NCBI GenBank assembly: GCA_051047955.1
Contig: JBPGPT010000036.1
Location: 1-64,000, forward strand
Length of the DNA: 64,000 nt
Direction of reading: 5' to 3'
From: Cystobasidiomycetes sp. EMM_F5
Taxonomy: Eukaryota
Part shown: positions 38,039-51,448 of the stretch, piece by piece
Layout of the letters: every line of letters starts with the position of its first letter
Numbering within the stretch: position 1 is the first letter of the stretch
The notes under the pieces: model-generated
What the model was told of the DNA's origin: nothing
The model's input: only the letters and a program-made list of their open reading frames with translations
Database searches by the model: none
Program-made: the position numbers and the translations under genes

Positions 38039-39604
38039 ATGCATCGCTTCAATAATATTCTGGTCTGCACCTCGCTAGCTCTGCTCGTCGCGCCCTCGAG
38101 CCTGGCTGTACCCCTCGAGTAAGGCAAGAATACATGCACACCAATACCCCGTCTGACTCCCTTTCAACTGCAGGAACAGCAAGCGCTCTATCCTGACCAC
38201 GGACAATGGCATAATTACCGTACCTTATGCAGCACAACCCGCCAACTGGGCGACAAGCCAGTCTGAGCCTTTCGCGTGAGGTCTTCTTTCAGATATTGAA
38301 ACCCTGTAGCTGATGGCGTATCGTTTTGATTAGACAATACCATCTACGATACTGGGTCATCGGCTGCGAAGAGAAGAAGGATACTGCCTTCTTCGACAAG
38401 TGTTGCACTCCACGAAGTGCTCAAATGTCGAGCGACGAACAGCAGCCGTTGGCTTGCAGACTGTCGGCTTATCAAGTCTATAACCCAATATACGGTCCTA
38501 CTGGCAACACTGCTCAGCTAGAATCTGTGTCGAATACGACAGCATCGGGCTATCCCATCTTCACACCGCAAGAAGACGCTGTTTCGAAAGACAACGTTGC
38601 TGTTTCGCCGATTTCGTGGAGTGCCAGCAGCTCTTCGGTCTTCCTCTATACATATACTCCTAGCTCTGCCTCGTCGTCTGGACCAGCGGCGTCCAGTACA
38701 CCTGAGCGACAGCATCTGGCTGTATATGTGCCGACCTCTTCTCCTTCTGCTGCTTCCTTACCCGCGTCATCATCCTGGGCGCCGACTCCCTCCTCTTCAC
38801 CTGAACCTGTTGTCAAAGCGGCGTACAAGTAAGCTCTGTTTTCGCCGCTGTACACGAGGCATAATCCCTAATTGGATCTGATCTCTACAAGCGCGCAACC
38901 TGCTTCCTCGTCCTCATCCGAAGCCCATTTTAGTGTACCGCCTGTCGTCTACGTACCAACAACAACCGCAACCTCAACCTCTACTGCCTGGACCAGCACC
39001 TCTTCGAGCATCTACGTTGCTCCAACTTCGTCCACCCCAGCTCCGGCAACTAGTTACACGTCCGACTTTACAGGCCAAGGTAGATGCATTTACACCGCAA
39101 GCGCATTATGTTGCTGAGATTGTTCATCTCAGCAACCTGGTTTACCCAAGAAGGGGTTGCAGGCGCATGTGGCACGGTTCACTCGGATTCAGACTCGATT
39201 GTAGCCCTCAAGACAGATCTGGTCCGTGACACGCCATCTGAAAGGAGCTACTGTAGACTGATCTTTTGACTCGTTTAGTACGGTTGGACGGGCCAAAAGT
39301 CGCAATACTGTGGACGAAGTAGGTCGTAGTTCGTGTAATGTAGTGCCCAATCCTAGCTGACAAACACCTTGCTAGGCCTCACTATAACCAACCTCGCCAA
39401 CAGCAAGACTGCCACAGCTACGGTTGCAGATGCCTGCCCCGGATGCGCGAGCTACTATTCACTCGATCTGTCGACCGGTCTCTTCCAGCAGCTTGGAGAC
39501 ATGAATACGGGTGTCTGTAAGTCAACCGTGCGACTGAGTACGCAGTGTCATGAGCTGATTATACCATTGTTTCCCCAGTGCAAATTTCGTGGCATTTCAA
39601 CTGA
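38039..39604 (+). CDS. Secreted expansin-like / RlpA-type DPBB protein
   Basis: Signal peptide MHRFNNILVCTSLALLVAPSSLA; YHLRYWVIGC..FFDKCC; Ser/Thr/Pro linker; ATWFTQEGVAGACG..YCGRS..VADACPGC..LDLSTGLF. Confidence 0.88.
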
Positions 39605-39877
39605 GTGTGCGAGTATATGGCTTGTTGGTTGTGGGTGGACGCAGCACCAGTCGTTACGGAACCGTTGTTGTACCGTTAAATGCATTACAATATTCCCCGC
39701 TGCATTCCAGTATACTCCCATGAGCCAAAAGCATCAGTCTGAATGTATTCTTGATACGTCATTGATGATTAGGAAGGAGAAGGAGAAAGAAACGACTTTA
39801 AATTCTTGCTTTCAGCCCAACCAGCCATCTGACGGCAGACTTCTCAAACAACAAACACCCAATTACCTGCATACTCG

Positions 39878-40310
39878 ATGCAGTCTACCCACTCTGCCGG
39901 CGGGAGCAGCGCAGGAGACTCCAACAAGATCCAGAGTGCCCCGCTATCTGGCAACGACGATACGATAGCGGTGCCCCAGGGAGCCACAGATGAGCGATAC
40001 GACACTGGAGGATCCAAAGTATCGCAGGCTGAGGAGTTTCAGAACTCGGAGCATGAGCGAGGTGAGTGTTTGAAGTAATGATGGATATATATCCTCGAAA
40101 CTGACAAATTTTAAACCTCAAGGCGGACCATCGCTCGGAAACATGGAAGAACCACTCGATACCAAGAACGCAGTCAATCCTTCACCGGAGCCAGGCTGGG
40201 AGCAGCGGGGGCCAAGGGAAGCTCAAGCGCACGCAGAGACAAAACAGTCGACAAACCAGGGCTCAAACGAGGACAGAAGCGTAGCCCCGCACGCAGAGGA
40301 CATGCGGTGA
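39878..40310 (+). CDS. Small hydrophilic hypothetical protein (hydrophilin-like), 2 exons
   Basis: ATG 39878, in-frame GTGAGT..CTGAC..AAG intron, stop TGA 40308-40310; Gly/Ser/Glu/Gln-rich. Confidence 0.55.
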
Positions 40311-40789
40311 TGTGGAGTGAACAGGAGAATGTGGTATTTGGGCTATCAAGATATCCGGGATGATTCCAATCAAGCGATAATCAGGAATATCGAAAGGCAA
40401 CTGCATCGACGGGGGATGTAGACCCAACATAGGAAACACCCTTCAAAGCAAACGAAACGAGTGACTGTCCGTGCAAGTTCCCACGCTTCAAAGCCGTTCT
40501 CATGACCAAAGCCCGTTTCCCACCCTTTTTGATTGACCCAGCTAACTCGGATGCGACGCCTTGGACTGATGCTAATCAAACATTTCATGACTGACTGATG
40601 GATTCAATCCACATCGACTGTCGAAGAGTGCTGAGCATTCTCTAAGCCTTTCATTGCAGCAATCGTCGACTTGGTCAAATACTCGAGCCTCTGCAACGGT
40701 CGCTTTTCAACATCCATCAATCCCCAAGACACATCGTTTCGCAAAATACCCACCCAAGACTCGACATCACCTATACTCAAGCATACACG

Positions 40790-41808
40790 ATGCTCTTTCT
40801 TCGACGAGCGGCGTTCGCAGCCATATTTGTGACGGGCATAGCAGCCCATTCCCGCACGGGCCACGACAACCATCCAGCCATTCGACGGCGGGTCGGTAGT
40901 CAGCTCAAGAATGTCGAGCAAAGTCTACAGGAAAGGACAACAGATGTTGAGAGTGAACTTGTTGCACGCTCACCTGCGCTCGACCCGGCCGACGGGACTA
41001 TTCTCGATTCGTCGGATGTGGGATTCTACGATGGAACGGAAAACGATGACTGTTCATGGTGAGCATACTTGCTGATTATGCGACGTGACGTCGATTATTG
41101 ACGCTCACTCCCTTGACGCAGTGAATGCGCTCCTTTCGATGATATTATTTCCAAGTGCCTGGAGGATGGCGGCGACAAGAGTGCTTGCTCGTGCAATGCA
41201 AACACGTTTGGCGACTTCATAAACTGTGCAATGTGTGATTCATCATACTATTCTGGATACGATGGTGGACTGCGAGGATTCGTCATGGGTGCGCTGGATA
41301 GCTATAGCCACTGTTTATGATGCTGATTCCGACGCTGTCCTCCGCAGATGCACTCACCGATTGCAAACTCGCCAATCATCCATTCTCATTAAACATCGAC
41401 ATGTCGACTCTGCCAACATCTGCTACCAACAATACGAGGGATGGAAACCCTGTCCTCACTCCAGATGGACTCTCTCTTCCGAACCACATCAACGATTCCA
41501 GCACCACATCCACCACAACGGCCGCGTCTTCTACGTCTACATCTGCTTCCTCTGCATCGTCTACTGCGTCAAACACTACTAGCGGAGCTAGTGTCCTTCC
41601 CAATGGTCTAAAAGTAGACCCATCCTCTGGCGAAGCCAGTCCCAGTTTTGTCGTGGTCAATGGCACGACCATTCAGACTGTCACTCCTCCAAAAAGCAAG
41701 TCTACTGGAGTGACGGAATGGTCTGCGAATGCAGCGTCACACACACTACCTCTTACGATGCTCAGCACACTCATTCTCGGTCTCGTCGGTATCGCCATCT
41801 TGGTCTAA
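40790..41808 (+). CDS. Secreted 8-Cys GPI-type protein, paralog D (closest to C)
   Basis: ARSPALDPADGTILDSSDVGFYDGTENDDCS; ECAPFDDIISKC..ACSC..NCAMC..TDCKL; VLTPDGLSLP; hydrophobic C-terminus. Confidence 0.82.
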
Positions 41809-42460
41809 TCCAAACGGACAGTCGCAGTATACCCCTCGCAGCTCGTTGTCACACACACTCTCTATAATCACTACTCTTCGAGTCTTTCAATGCAGTGTTT
41901 CAGTAGTTCTTTCTTGTCGAGCTGTAGTCATTTCCCCGCTTGGCTTCTCTTTCGTCGTTGTCTTTTGTCAAATCAAATGCATGAAGTAACACACCAACAT
42001 GACTTGCTAGTAGCATGATGCCAGTGCTTCGAAGGCCAAAAGCAACCCGACCTCTCTTGAACGTCGAGGAGTCAGCCAACTCCACAGCGACTGATTAGAA
42101 GAATGAAGCAACTCGAACCAATAAAGCAATATACGTCTATTGCACCTTCCACGCGGATAATACTCAAAAAGCACATGCACTGACGACCATCAAGTCACCC
42201 CGGCTGAGTCGCCCAAAGCTCGTTTATTTGAATAGCTTTTGGGGTTGAGCACCTCTGACGGCACTGACTATTATACAAACGCTGATGGGCTTGTGAGGAT
42301 ATCGACTATCCTGACGAATGCTGAGCATTCTCTCGTTACGCTCATCAGCGAGCAGCCGTTACGAAAGCGCTGAAGTACTCATCGAGTCGCAGGATACGAC
42401 AACATATTCAGCAAATATCCCGCAAAAAGGATATCAATCAGCCATCATATTCAAGCAAAC

Positions 42461-43711
42461 ATGCGCTCCTCCATCTCCCTCCTCTCACCGCTCTTCTTTG
42501 CGGCTTTCGCCATCATGCCGGGCAGGGTGGTCGTCGCCACTTCCCGCACAGACCACAATGCTCAGCCATTACTTCCACGACGACTTCGCATGCATCATGA
42601 GGGCAATCTGAAGACGGTTCTGAAAGAGAGGGCAGCGAATGCGAGAGGTAGTCTGCTGGCGCGCTCGCTTGCTCTCAACCCAGGCGATGGAGCCATTCTC
42701 GAACTGTCTGATGTAGACTTTGAAAATCGCACCGATTGTGCTAGGTAAGTACAACAAGCTTGTATGCTCAACACTTTTGGTAATTCTGATACTAGTGTCT
42801 CCTCAGCAAATGCGCTCCCTTTAAAGCTACACTCTCAAAGTGCCTTCAATCCGGCACTAACAAAAATACATGCTCATGCAGTGCTCAAACATTCCAAGAG
42901 TTCATTTCGTGTGCTTATTGCGACCTCCCCTTCTACTCGACTCGTGGGGGAGGCTTAAGAGGCTTTGTTGCGGGTGAGTGGCTGGAACTTCTCGCTCTGC
43001 GTTGTGCCGATGCTCATACACCATTGATACACATCAGTCGCTCTTGCGTCGTGCGAAGCTGCAAATCATACAGTCACGCTGGACTATGATATAAACGACC
43101 TTCCACAAAATGGAGTAAGCGTCAATAAGAAAGTGGGCCCGGTGCTCACACCAGACGGTCTTTCCCTACCAAATCATGGCAATGACTCGACCACGACATC
43201 GTCAGTCAGTTCACAGTCGACTACAACTACATCTTCGCTTCCCGTAGCTGGATCTACGTCAAGCCTTACTTCGACCTACTCGACACTGTCTACTTCGACT
43301 TTTGCCGCTCCCCATGTGTCATCCTATACGTCTTTCTCTTTATCCACTTCGTCTGCTTCTTCGACCACCGAAGGTACTACCGCAACGATTGTCTCTCAGG
43401 TTTCATCCGCTTCTACTGTAATAATTCTGCCATCTGACGCAGCGAGTCAAGAACAACAAAATGGTATGACGGATGGCGCATCGCCTACTGGATCAACTCC
43501 AAGCCAGAGCGCGAGCAACGGTATGGTCGACACAACCAGCAAGACTACAGGAACAGTAGCTTCGTCTACAAGCACGTCTACAGGAAACTCAATTTCCGCA
43601 ACGAATAGTGTATCACGAAAGATAGAATTGGCAAGCCTCACTCGTATACTTTTCGGTATCGCAGCCGCTACTCTTCTTCGAGCAGGACAATTTCGGAGAT
43701 TGGACGTCTGA
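42461..43711 (+). CDS. Secreted 8-Cys Ser/Thr-rich protein, paralog E
   Basis: ARSLALNPGDGAILELSDV; KCAPFK..KC..TCSC..SCAYC..ASCE; VLTPDGLSLPNH; same intron positions as C and D. Confidence 0.78.
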
Positions 43712-44147
43712 GACGGTCAATTGTAGCACACGCAGACAACGCATCAACAGTCAAAATCGCAATATAATGTACACCGTCCTCACATACTTATGCGGCGAAG
43801 AATGTAGCAGTATGTCGAGGTGCAAGCTTCAAGGGAGAGAAGCGAGATCTGGTCCATTCCGGTGGCCGTAGCAAGCATCCTAGTACCGTTTGTTGATTTA
43901 ATGAGCAGTCAAAAAGTAGGCATTCACCTTGATGTCCACATCAGGCATTCGTGCAAATCTGTTATGCAGGTACTGGAATGTCGGGAACGCTTATGCGAGG
44001 GTGGCTGTAAGAAGCAACAAGGACAGGTATCGTGATGGCGCGTCTGGATGAAGCTCTAAACACGGCTCAAAGCCAATGTATGCTTGCATTCTATCTATAT
44101 GCCTAGAGAGCATTCTGTTTAGAGGCCTGGAGTTGTACTGTACTGTG

Positions 44148-44408
44148 TGTGCTCGTCAGCGAGACTTTCGGCACGCCGCGCACAGTAAGCACCGCCAGCG
44201 TATGCTCGCCGGAAACCTGACGTTTGAAGTATCCGGCGTTCGCGGGGAAGATTTCTGCCGAATCCTGCAGAATCGAAGTAAGGGCTGCATACCCGTAGCG
44301 GATGACGTTGAAGTGTTTGGCTAATTCTTCCAGTTATGCTGATGGTCGGTAGTTGAGGGAAACTCAAGGAAGGATCGTCCCGCCGACCGTTCCAGCGAGT
44401 CTGACACG
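44148..44408 (+). ncRNA. Candidate structured non-coding RNA, family unidentified
   Basis: Consecutive hairpins (44207-13/44232-38; 44250-58/44267-74; 44284-88/44295-99) and a three-way junction (44338-49/44383-96 enclosing two hairpins). G-U pairs favour the + strand. Confidence 0.45.
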
Positions 44409-44428
44409 TCGGAACGTCTCACGACAGC

Positions 44429-45695
44429 TTATAATTTGCCTTGTTCTGCTCCGACAAGTGCCTGCTGCACACTCTCGATGACTTTGCCATGTAAGTGAGC
44501 AGGTGCCGCAACGATGCCCTTGTTGCCAGCCAGCGTCCGCCCGAGCGAGAAATCCAGTGGCTTCCCGTTCATGTCGCTAACTTTTCCACCGGCCTCTGCT
44601 ACCAGTAGAGCCCCAGATGCGTGATCCTACGCTCCCGCATATCAGTATATGTAACATGACGCAAAGTAGCTGGCCTACCCAAATCTTCTCTTCGTATCCA
44701 GCCTGAACAGGCAGCCGTAGGTACACATGTCCGTCTCCGCGTGCTATACTACAGTACTTTGCCTGGCTGTCCATACACACCGGCGGTTTCGTGATACCGC
44801 ACAGCTGGGCAATCCGTGCATTGAGTGGTTTTGAAGTATGTCCCGCCTCGACCGACTCGCAGAAGCTAGCCTGTGATAAGCTGTCGATTGATGCCATCTT
44901 AATGGGAGTATAGCTGCTAGAAGTGAAATTGCGCTGTATTGTGCAAAGCGATGTCGTCTCAATATATATCGCGACATGCTTCGCGGTGCTAAAATGCTGC
45001 CTACCTGGTATGCACCATCGCCTTTGGTAGCGACAAACAGAGCACCCTTCTCGCCTGGCTTGTTGTAATCCTGCGGGAGATTTGGAGTGCCCATGACGCC
45101 AAGGACGGGTGCTCCATCCTGCAGCAAGGCGAGGCAGATTGCATATTGTCCTCCGCGCAGAAAGCCCTTTGTCCCGTCAATGGGGTCCAATGCCCACACA
45201 CGACCCTTCTTCGAGTACTCGGCATTCCCTCTATCGATAGCTTTCAGCCATTCTTCCGTATCTAGGGGTCCTTGTCCTATGCTCTTCCACGCTTGTTGAT
45301 CTTTCTCGTCGTCGAGCGGGCGGGACAGTGCTCCGTTTGCGAGTTCGATAATCTTGTCCTTGACGCTCGCCTGTTCGTCTGTTCTGAGATCTTTGGCATC
45401 TTCCTCGCCTATGAGCGCATCGTCCGGAAAGTGGGCAGCGAGCAGCGAGGAAACGAGAGCCTGTGCGGCATAGTCTGCGACTGCGATAATAACATATCCC
45501 CATTAGTCGCCTGAGCCATATCCCGCAAAAGCAGCCATTCTTTCGCCCACCGGTCACTGGGGACTTGTCCTTTTTCGTGACCGTCTCGTCGTTTACCAGA
45601 CGCTGAAACGTAGCTTGGGCGACGTGGCAGGCCTTGAGGACAGCGGCGACGGCGACCTGGAGCTCGCGGTCGTACTTTGACGATATGCCAGACAT
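44429..45695 (-). CDS. MET22: 3'(2'),5'-bisphosphate nucleotidase
   Basis: KKDKSPVT-VADYAAQA, WALDPIDGTKGFLRGGQYAICLAL, MDSQAKY, EKIWDHASGALLVAEAGG. Confidence 0.96.
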
Positions 45696-46060
45696 GGCTC
45701 GAATGGGATGATATTGATGATGGATTTGGGAGATGGCAACCAAACGGCGAGCAGTGGTAGCGAGTAGATGCGACAGGGCGGCAGTAGTAATGATGGTTTA
45801 GACAGAAATCACGACTTGGCTGGAGACTGTTCAAATGGTTGGAAGGTCATCAAGGGCAATAAAAGCAATGATTGACAGAACAACGGAAGACATTCGCTAC
45901 AACAGCAGGCATACGTACTGGGCACGACAATGCAGACAGACTCGGTACAGACGAATCATGCAGATGCAGGCGTTGCGGGTATGGTGAATTAGTAGAAGTA
46001 TTGCAGTACGTGAGCGTATAGTGTCGTGCGGAGAAGCTGGGCATCGTTTAAAGACAGCCT

Positions 46061-48921
46061 CTACTTCTTCTTGATGCCAAAGAGCGTCTCTGGCGGAGTG
46101 AGCGCACCGAGAGCGCGGCGCTGGTATAGGGTGATAAAGGTCAAGCCAACCTGAATGCTGCTGTTTGTCCAGCCAAAGCCCTCGCGAGGAAGGAGCTTGA
46201 AGTCGGCACCCTGGTTGCCATACTCGCAGTCGAGGGCAGCCGGATTACTTGAGCTGTGAGTGCAATCGAACTGTACGCATGACGAGCGGTCAGTATCAGC
46301 GCGCAACAAGTTGTTAGGGTCTGCTTTACCTTCTCCGGTACGACTCCGTTGTAGTTGGTAAATGCCGAAGTTAGCCTGTAGTAAGAGTTAGTATCGCTCC
46401 ACTGCGATGGTGATAGGCCACGCACATAAAGAGCCATCGATAAGCTACGCGCTGAGCTTCCTCAATATAGCCATAGCGCTCAAGACCGCACCAAGCCATC
46501 ATTTGATGAGGAGCCTGTAAACAATTTGTATTAGTCACCCCCTGCAACGATATTCGTCTACACAATGCGCACCCAAGCGGTGGGGAAGCTGTCATCAAGT
46601 AGTCATGTCAGCAAAATACGCATCGACTCAAGGTGCTGTTCGCTTAAACTCACTCCCACTGTCTGTTTGGATCATCAAGTCCAATCGGACCTCTAGATTC
46701 TTCGGTACCAGAGACCAGTCCACCTGGCTGTTCAAACTTTTCCAGACCCTTCTTGACAAGTTTTGCAGCCTGTTCATCCGTCGCGCATCCGCACCACAAT
46801 GCCCAAAAGGCCGTGACGCTCTCATACACGCTCTGTCGGCGCTTGACAGTGTCATAGTCGAAAAAGAGACCGACACCCTCGTTCCAGAGATAGTGGTCAA
46901 TCAACTGCTTGCGGCGAATAGCTCGCGCAAACCATTCGGCCGAGGTCTGAGTCGGCGTCTGCTTGCTATGTCCTCCAGAGGTAGGAGCAAAATCTTCAGT
47001 GTAAGGTACTTCGCTGCCGAATGGGAAAGCCTGGACCTCAAAGTCTAGCTCGAGGTCGAGGCTATCGCCAAAGACATCGCGAATGGCTGTAGCGATATCA
47101 ATTTCGTACTTGAAGAGAAGGCAGTTGAGGTCAATGGTCGCGAGGTTTGCACAGCGCTTCTCGAAGCGATAGGTGGTATCGTGACCGCTCTCGCGTACAG
47201 CTCGGTCATGGAGAAAGTAGGTATCGAGTTCGGGTTCCTTGATCTCGCCATCATTGTATAGCTGGATGAACTCGTTGACGCTGATGCGATGCTTCTCGGC
47301 GTACGGCTGGAGGAGGTGAGTAAAGTGGGAAGCCTCAGTCTCGGGTGGAATACCAGTACCGTCTGGCCTGTAGCGAGATAGACCAGAAATGGGATCCATA
47401 CGAGGCTGAGACATCCAGACGGTATGGTATTCCTTGATGGCCGACTGAATAATCTTACGGAGCCAAGCTCTATTCTCTTCCGGAGTTGCAGGATCAAGGC
47501 GAGAATAGACTTGGAGCGCCAAGTCAGTAAGGAAAGGAGGTTGCGAGCGCATGAGGTAATAGCTTCGATTGCCATTCAAGATCTTGCCGTAATGCTCTGT
47601 GCAGATAGTCAGAGAGGATAGATCCGGAAAGTAAACGGGATGGCTCACTAATCTCAAAGCAGAAATGCTCAGCAATGCCCTTTGCCATTTCAACTCTGTT
47701 GTCGATGAGCAGGCCACTGTTGACATTGTATGCGGTCAGGAGAATCACTAGCGCACATCGGAGTTAAGGGCAACTGACAGCGAGATGAAGTAGGAATCCC
47801 AGTTGTAGAGCTCATTGAAGCGCGCACCTGGCACGACGAATGGGATACCCTCCAGAGTTGTAGTGCCGTCCTCCTTCTTGACCTTGTTCATAGCTAGTGC
47901 AAGAATACCTGGCTTGTCGTTCAAGCTCTTTGTATACTCTGCGGATAACTCTCGGGGCAGTGATTCGACTTGTAGATTGAGGTGCGGTTTGCTAGCCGAG
48001 ACAGACTTGTAGTATTCAAACATTTCTGGCTCGTCAATCGGGACGTATATTCTCGGGGCGAGATTCTTGCTGCAATTCTTTGGGTCTGCGCAAATGGCCT
48101 CCAAACCTTCACCGTCAATACGACGCGTCAAGCCATTCCAGAATAGGTTGCGACTGTCATGGCGAGAGAGTGGGTGGTCAGTTGCGGAATTGACAAGTAC
48201 ACCGCCACAAAGTCCGCTCACATCATTCGAGATAGACGGTCGACTGGGTTTTCATTCAGACGCGATTCGTCGAGTACAATGTGTTTTCGACCATAGTCCT
48301 TGGCGAGTGCTAGTTCTTGCAGCAAATTGGAGAGCATATAGGTTCCGCGAATCTGTTGGACAAGATGTGTCGGACGGTTGATAGGCGTAAGCGAGGGTGA
48401 GCTGGGAATCATCGAGAGAGTATTACTACCCACATCCACACTTCGATAGCCATTCGACGTGACTGTTCCGAGCGCATACACCTTTGGCCCCGAGTCTGTG
48501 ATTGATATTTGGGCATTGTTGTCTGTATCCTCCTGCTCGAGAACGAGACGGAGTGTTTCGTCGACGTCTACGAGAAACTTGCGGGGCTTGAGCGAGTGTT
48601 CGTCTGGATGTTCACTGAACCCGTCAGTCTTGCAGAGCGTATCCCAGTTAATCCGGACCACCTGCCATGGGATAGCCGACGACGGAGGTCCACCTTGTGC
48701 TCGTTGATCATTGCGGGCTTTCTCACTGCTGCCCCACCCGCTGCGGTGCTGCTGTACGTTCTCCCCCGGTGCTTGTGTCGGTCATTCTTCTTTGTCGTCG
48801 TCGCTGCTGCCTCGTAGCTCGAGCCGTAGCCATAGTACTGGGAAGCGTCGAGCTGGCCCCCACCGGCATGGCCTGGGAGACTGAAGTTTTCCTGCGATGC
48901 GCTGGATGTGATGGAAGTCAT
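46061..48921 (-). CDS. NTH1: Neutral trehalase (GH37)
   Basis: RRRLSH PKA-type site, [19 protein letters not shown]a-binding motif, [47 protein letters not shown]. Confidence 0.97.
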
Positions 48922-49298
48922 GGTGGGTTGTGAGATGGATGGGTCTAATCCAAAAGAGATGTAATTTATATCGGCAGTTTGGATCCAATGGAGACCGGAT
49001 CAAAGGGACACCCAAGCGAGGTGCTGAATATAAACCCTGGCGAGGCTGGAGTGTTAACTGCGATGGCTGGAGTGTGCTGGATGTTTTGTATTTGTTGTTA
49101 TAATCCAGCCATTCAAAAGTCAAGCCTCGTCCATGTTTACTGGAGACACTTTACGGACGCGCCGCGGCAGATGCATGAAAAATTTGCATAAACATGTTGG
49201 CTGGCTAGAGAGACATTAAAGCTGACACTAACGCGATACTAACACTGACAGTGCATTCCCGAAGACTTCCCCCTTGAAACCTCCCGCTCGAGCGAAGC

Positions 49299-50972
49299 TC
49301 ATAGCACATACTTGATCCCCCCAATGCTCCCATTCCGGTGCACTCCCCTTACAAAACGGTCGTGTGAGCAGCGTGTAGACGCAGACGCATGTCGCTCTCG
49401 CCGTCCACTCCCTCCCTCTGACGTCCCAGAACTGCCGCTTGTAGTACCCCGAGTGTACTCTGAACACCCATCATCCCCCTTGTCCGTCTCCGTTGTCGTA
49501 TCACTCCCACTCCTGCTCCCACGCTCACTCTCCGCAGCAGCAACCGCGTGCAGATTCAGTATCGCCTTGCGAAACTCCAATTGCTCCCTCCACTGCTCAT
49601 CCAGCACAGTCCGTCTCTTTCTCCTTTGCGCCTGGTGAAAGCGATACAGTCCTCCCACGACAGCCAGCATGCTGATCGCTCCAGTAATCGACACCAACGC
49701 ATACGTAGCGGGCTGGATGGGAGTAGGCATCTCGGAAGGGATTGCGCATATCCCTCCACCGTCACAGTTGCCACTCGTGCACATGTTGTCAAATCGACAC
49801 GGCAGGCCATCGTCCAAGCGTAAAGTGCACACACGCGTATCATCAGAACAGAAGAGTCCGTCTTGGCAATTGTTGCGGCGCGTCAGATCGGTAGAGCGGG
49901 TACTGCAGAGTCATGCACAATCCGTCAGTTTTCTCAATCACTACTTCAGCAGTCTACTTGCCCGTTGGAAAGGGTGACCGTATATATGGTAGCCTCGACA
50001 GTGCAAGCCTGTTGATTCGAACATTCAGTCGCAATATCTATAATCGAGCTTTTCGCACCTACTAATCCAATCTGAACATTACGTTGCGTACAGATACCTT
50101 TCAAGCAGATCATAGGGATTAAATGTTGATGTCCTGCCGCCATTGCCGTCGCGTTGGCTGAAGGCGGAATGGGTGATTGGCATTGATCTGGACATAGACA
50201 CAAGTCAGGAAAGCATGCACATACAGACTATAACGTTCCAACGCACCATCCCGGTCCAATTGGCATGCTCCGCCGAGCGAGACCATAGGTCGACAGTAGC
50301 TTCCTTCATCTGGGCAGTACTGTCCAGTAGGACAACGAGGCGGTAGAATGTCATCGGGGCCGTACCTGACAGTATCCCGTATATCATCAGTCTCAACTCC
50401 TGCGCAAAACTGGCGTATGCTCACCCAAAGGGAAATTCGTCTGTTCGGCAACCACGAGGCTGGCATGTCGTGTTTGTACTGCCTTGAGCGGGAGGACTGT
50501 ACGTTTGTCGTCTGTGTAGATCTAGTACCTCTGGATTGGCGACCGCCCTTACTTTACGCAACATTGTAACCGTTTGCGGGAATGGCCGACCGGTGGTACT
50601 TGCACTCCGTCGATGAGCATGTGCTGCCATTGCTCGCTTGTACTGCGCTACTTGGCTGTATTGGGCTGCTGGGGTTGTTGTGTGTGAAGACGTCATATGA
50701 TACGTGTAGGACGATGCATGCCACGATGATGTGCTGGAAGGGTATGTAGCGGGAGGGGCAGGTCGATGCCAATCGTCGTCGTCCGTCAGGCCATCCGAGC
50801 AATACTCGGCAGGACCGCAGTCGGATTGTAGAACGCGCGTGTCTGGATCTAGGCGAGTGTGAGCGAGGGAACACGGCTGGCCGATGTAGGCATGAGTGGC
50901 TTGCAGGGTCAAAAGTGTGTGGAAGGCAAGAAGGATGCGACGGAGAGTGAATGCATCATTCAGCGACTTCAT
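49299..50972 (-). CDS. Cys-rich single-pass membrane protein of unknown function
   Basis: Signal-like N-terminus; CQPRGCRTDEFPFG, CPTGQYCPDEGSYC, GGACQLDRD; TM ALVSITGAISMLAVVGGL followed by basic RRKRR. Confidence 0.75.
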
Positions 50973-51448
50973 GGCAATTCGTACGGCGAGGGAGTCAGTC
51001 CTTCTCGTTACGATGAGTATAGGCAGTCGTGAGCAAGATGCCCCGCCCCACCTGTACCTCGGAAAGCGCATCAGAGATGGCGCGTCAGTCATCAACATCT
51101 CGCTGTCAGTAGACGAGTACGTGCATGAAGGGTGTGCAAGTCTGTGCGGATATTAGCCATCTCTGAAGCATACGTCAGAGATTGCAGTGATTCAAAGTGT
51201 ATTGCATTATTTAGCGGAGAAGAATCCGTTTGCGATGCGGAGACCTGGAAGCGAGCGGACGATGTGAATGACATTCGCCAACACATTGCTATACCCTTCG
51301 GTGCATTGCTTTCGTTTCCTTATCTTTCTTCTTTCTTTCCATCTTTCTAATTTTTCCCCAATTGCAAGTCTTCCTTTCCCCTTTCCGTGGCAAGGGAAAG
51401 GAGAGAGGAAAGAGGAGGAATCCCCCAGTCAATTCACCATCAGCAAGC

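Noticed and set aside
44000..44410. Specific assignment of the structured region as SRP, RNase P/MRP, U3 or telomerase RNA
   Set aside because: Only partial motif resemblances (GGCTGTAA, GAAAGTCT on the - strand, GATGA/CTGA), with inconsistent strand or spacing; left unassigned.
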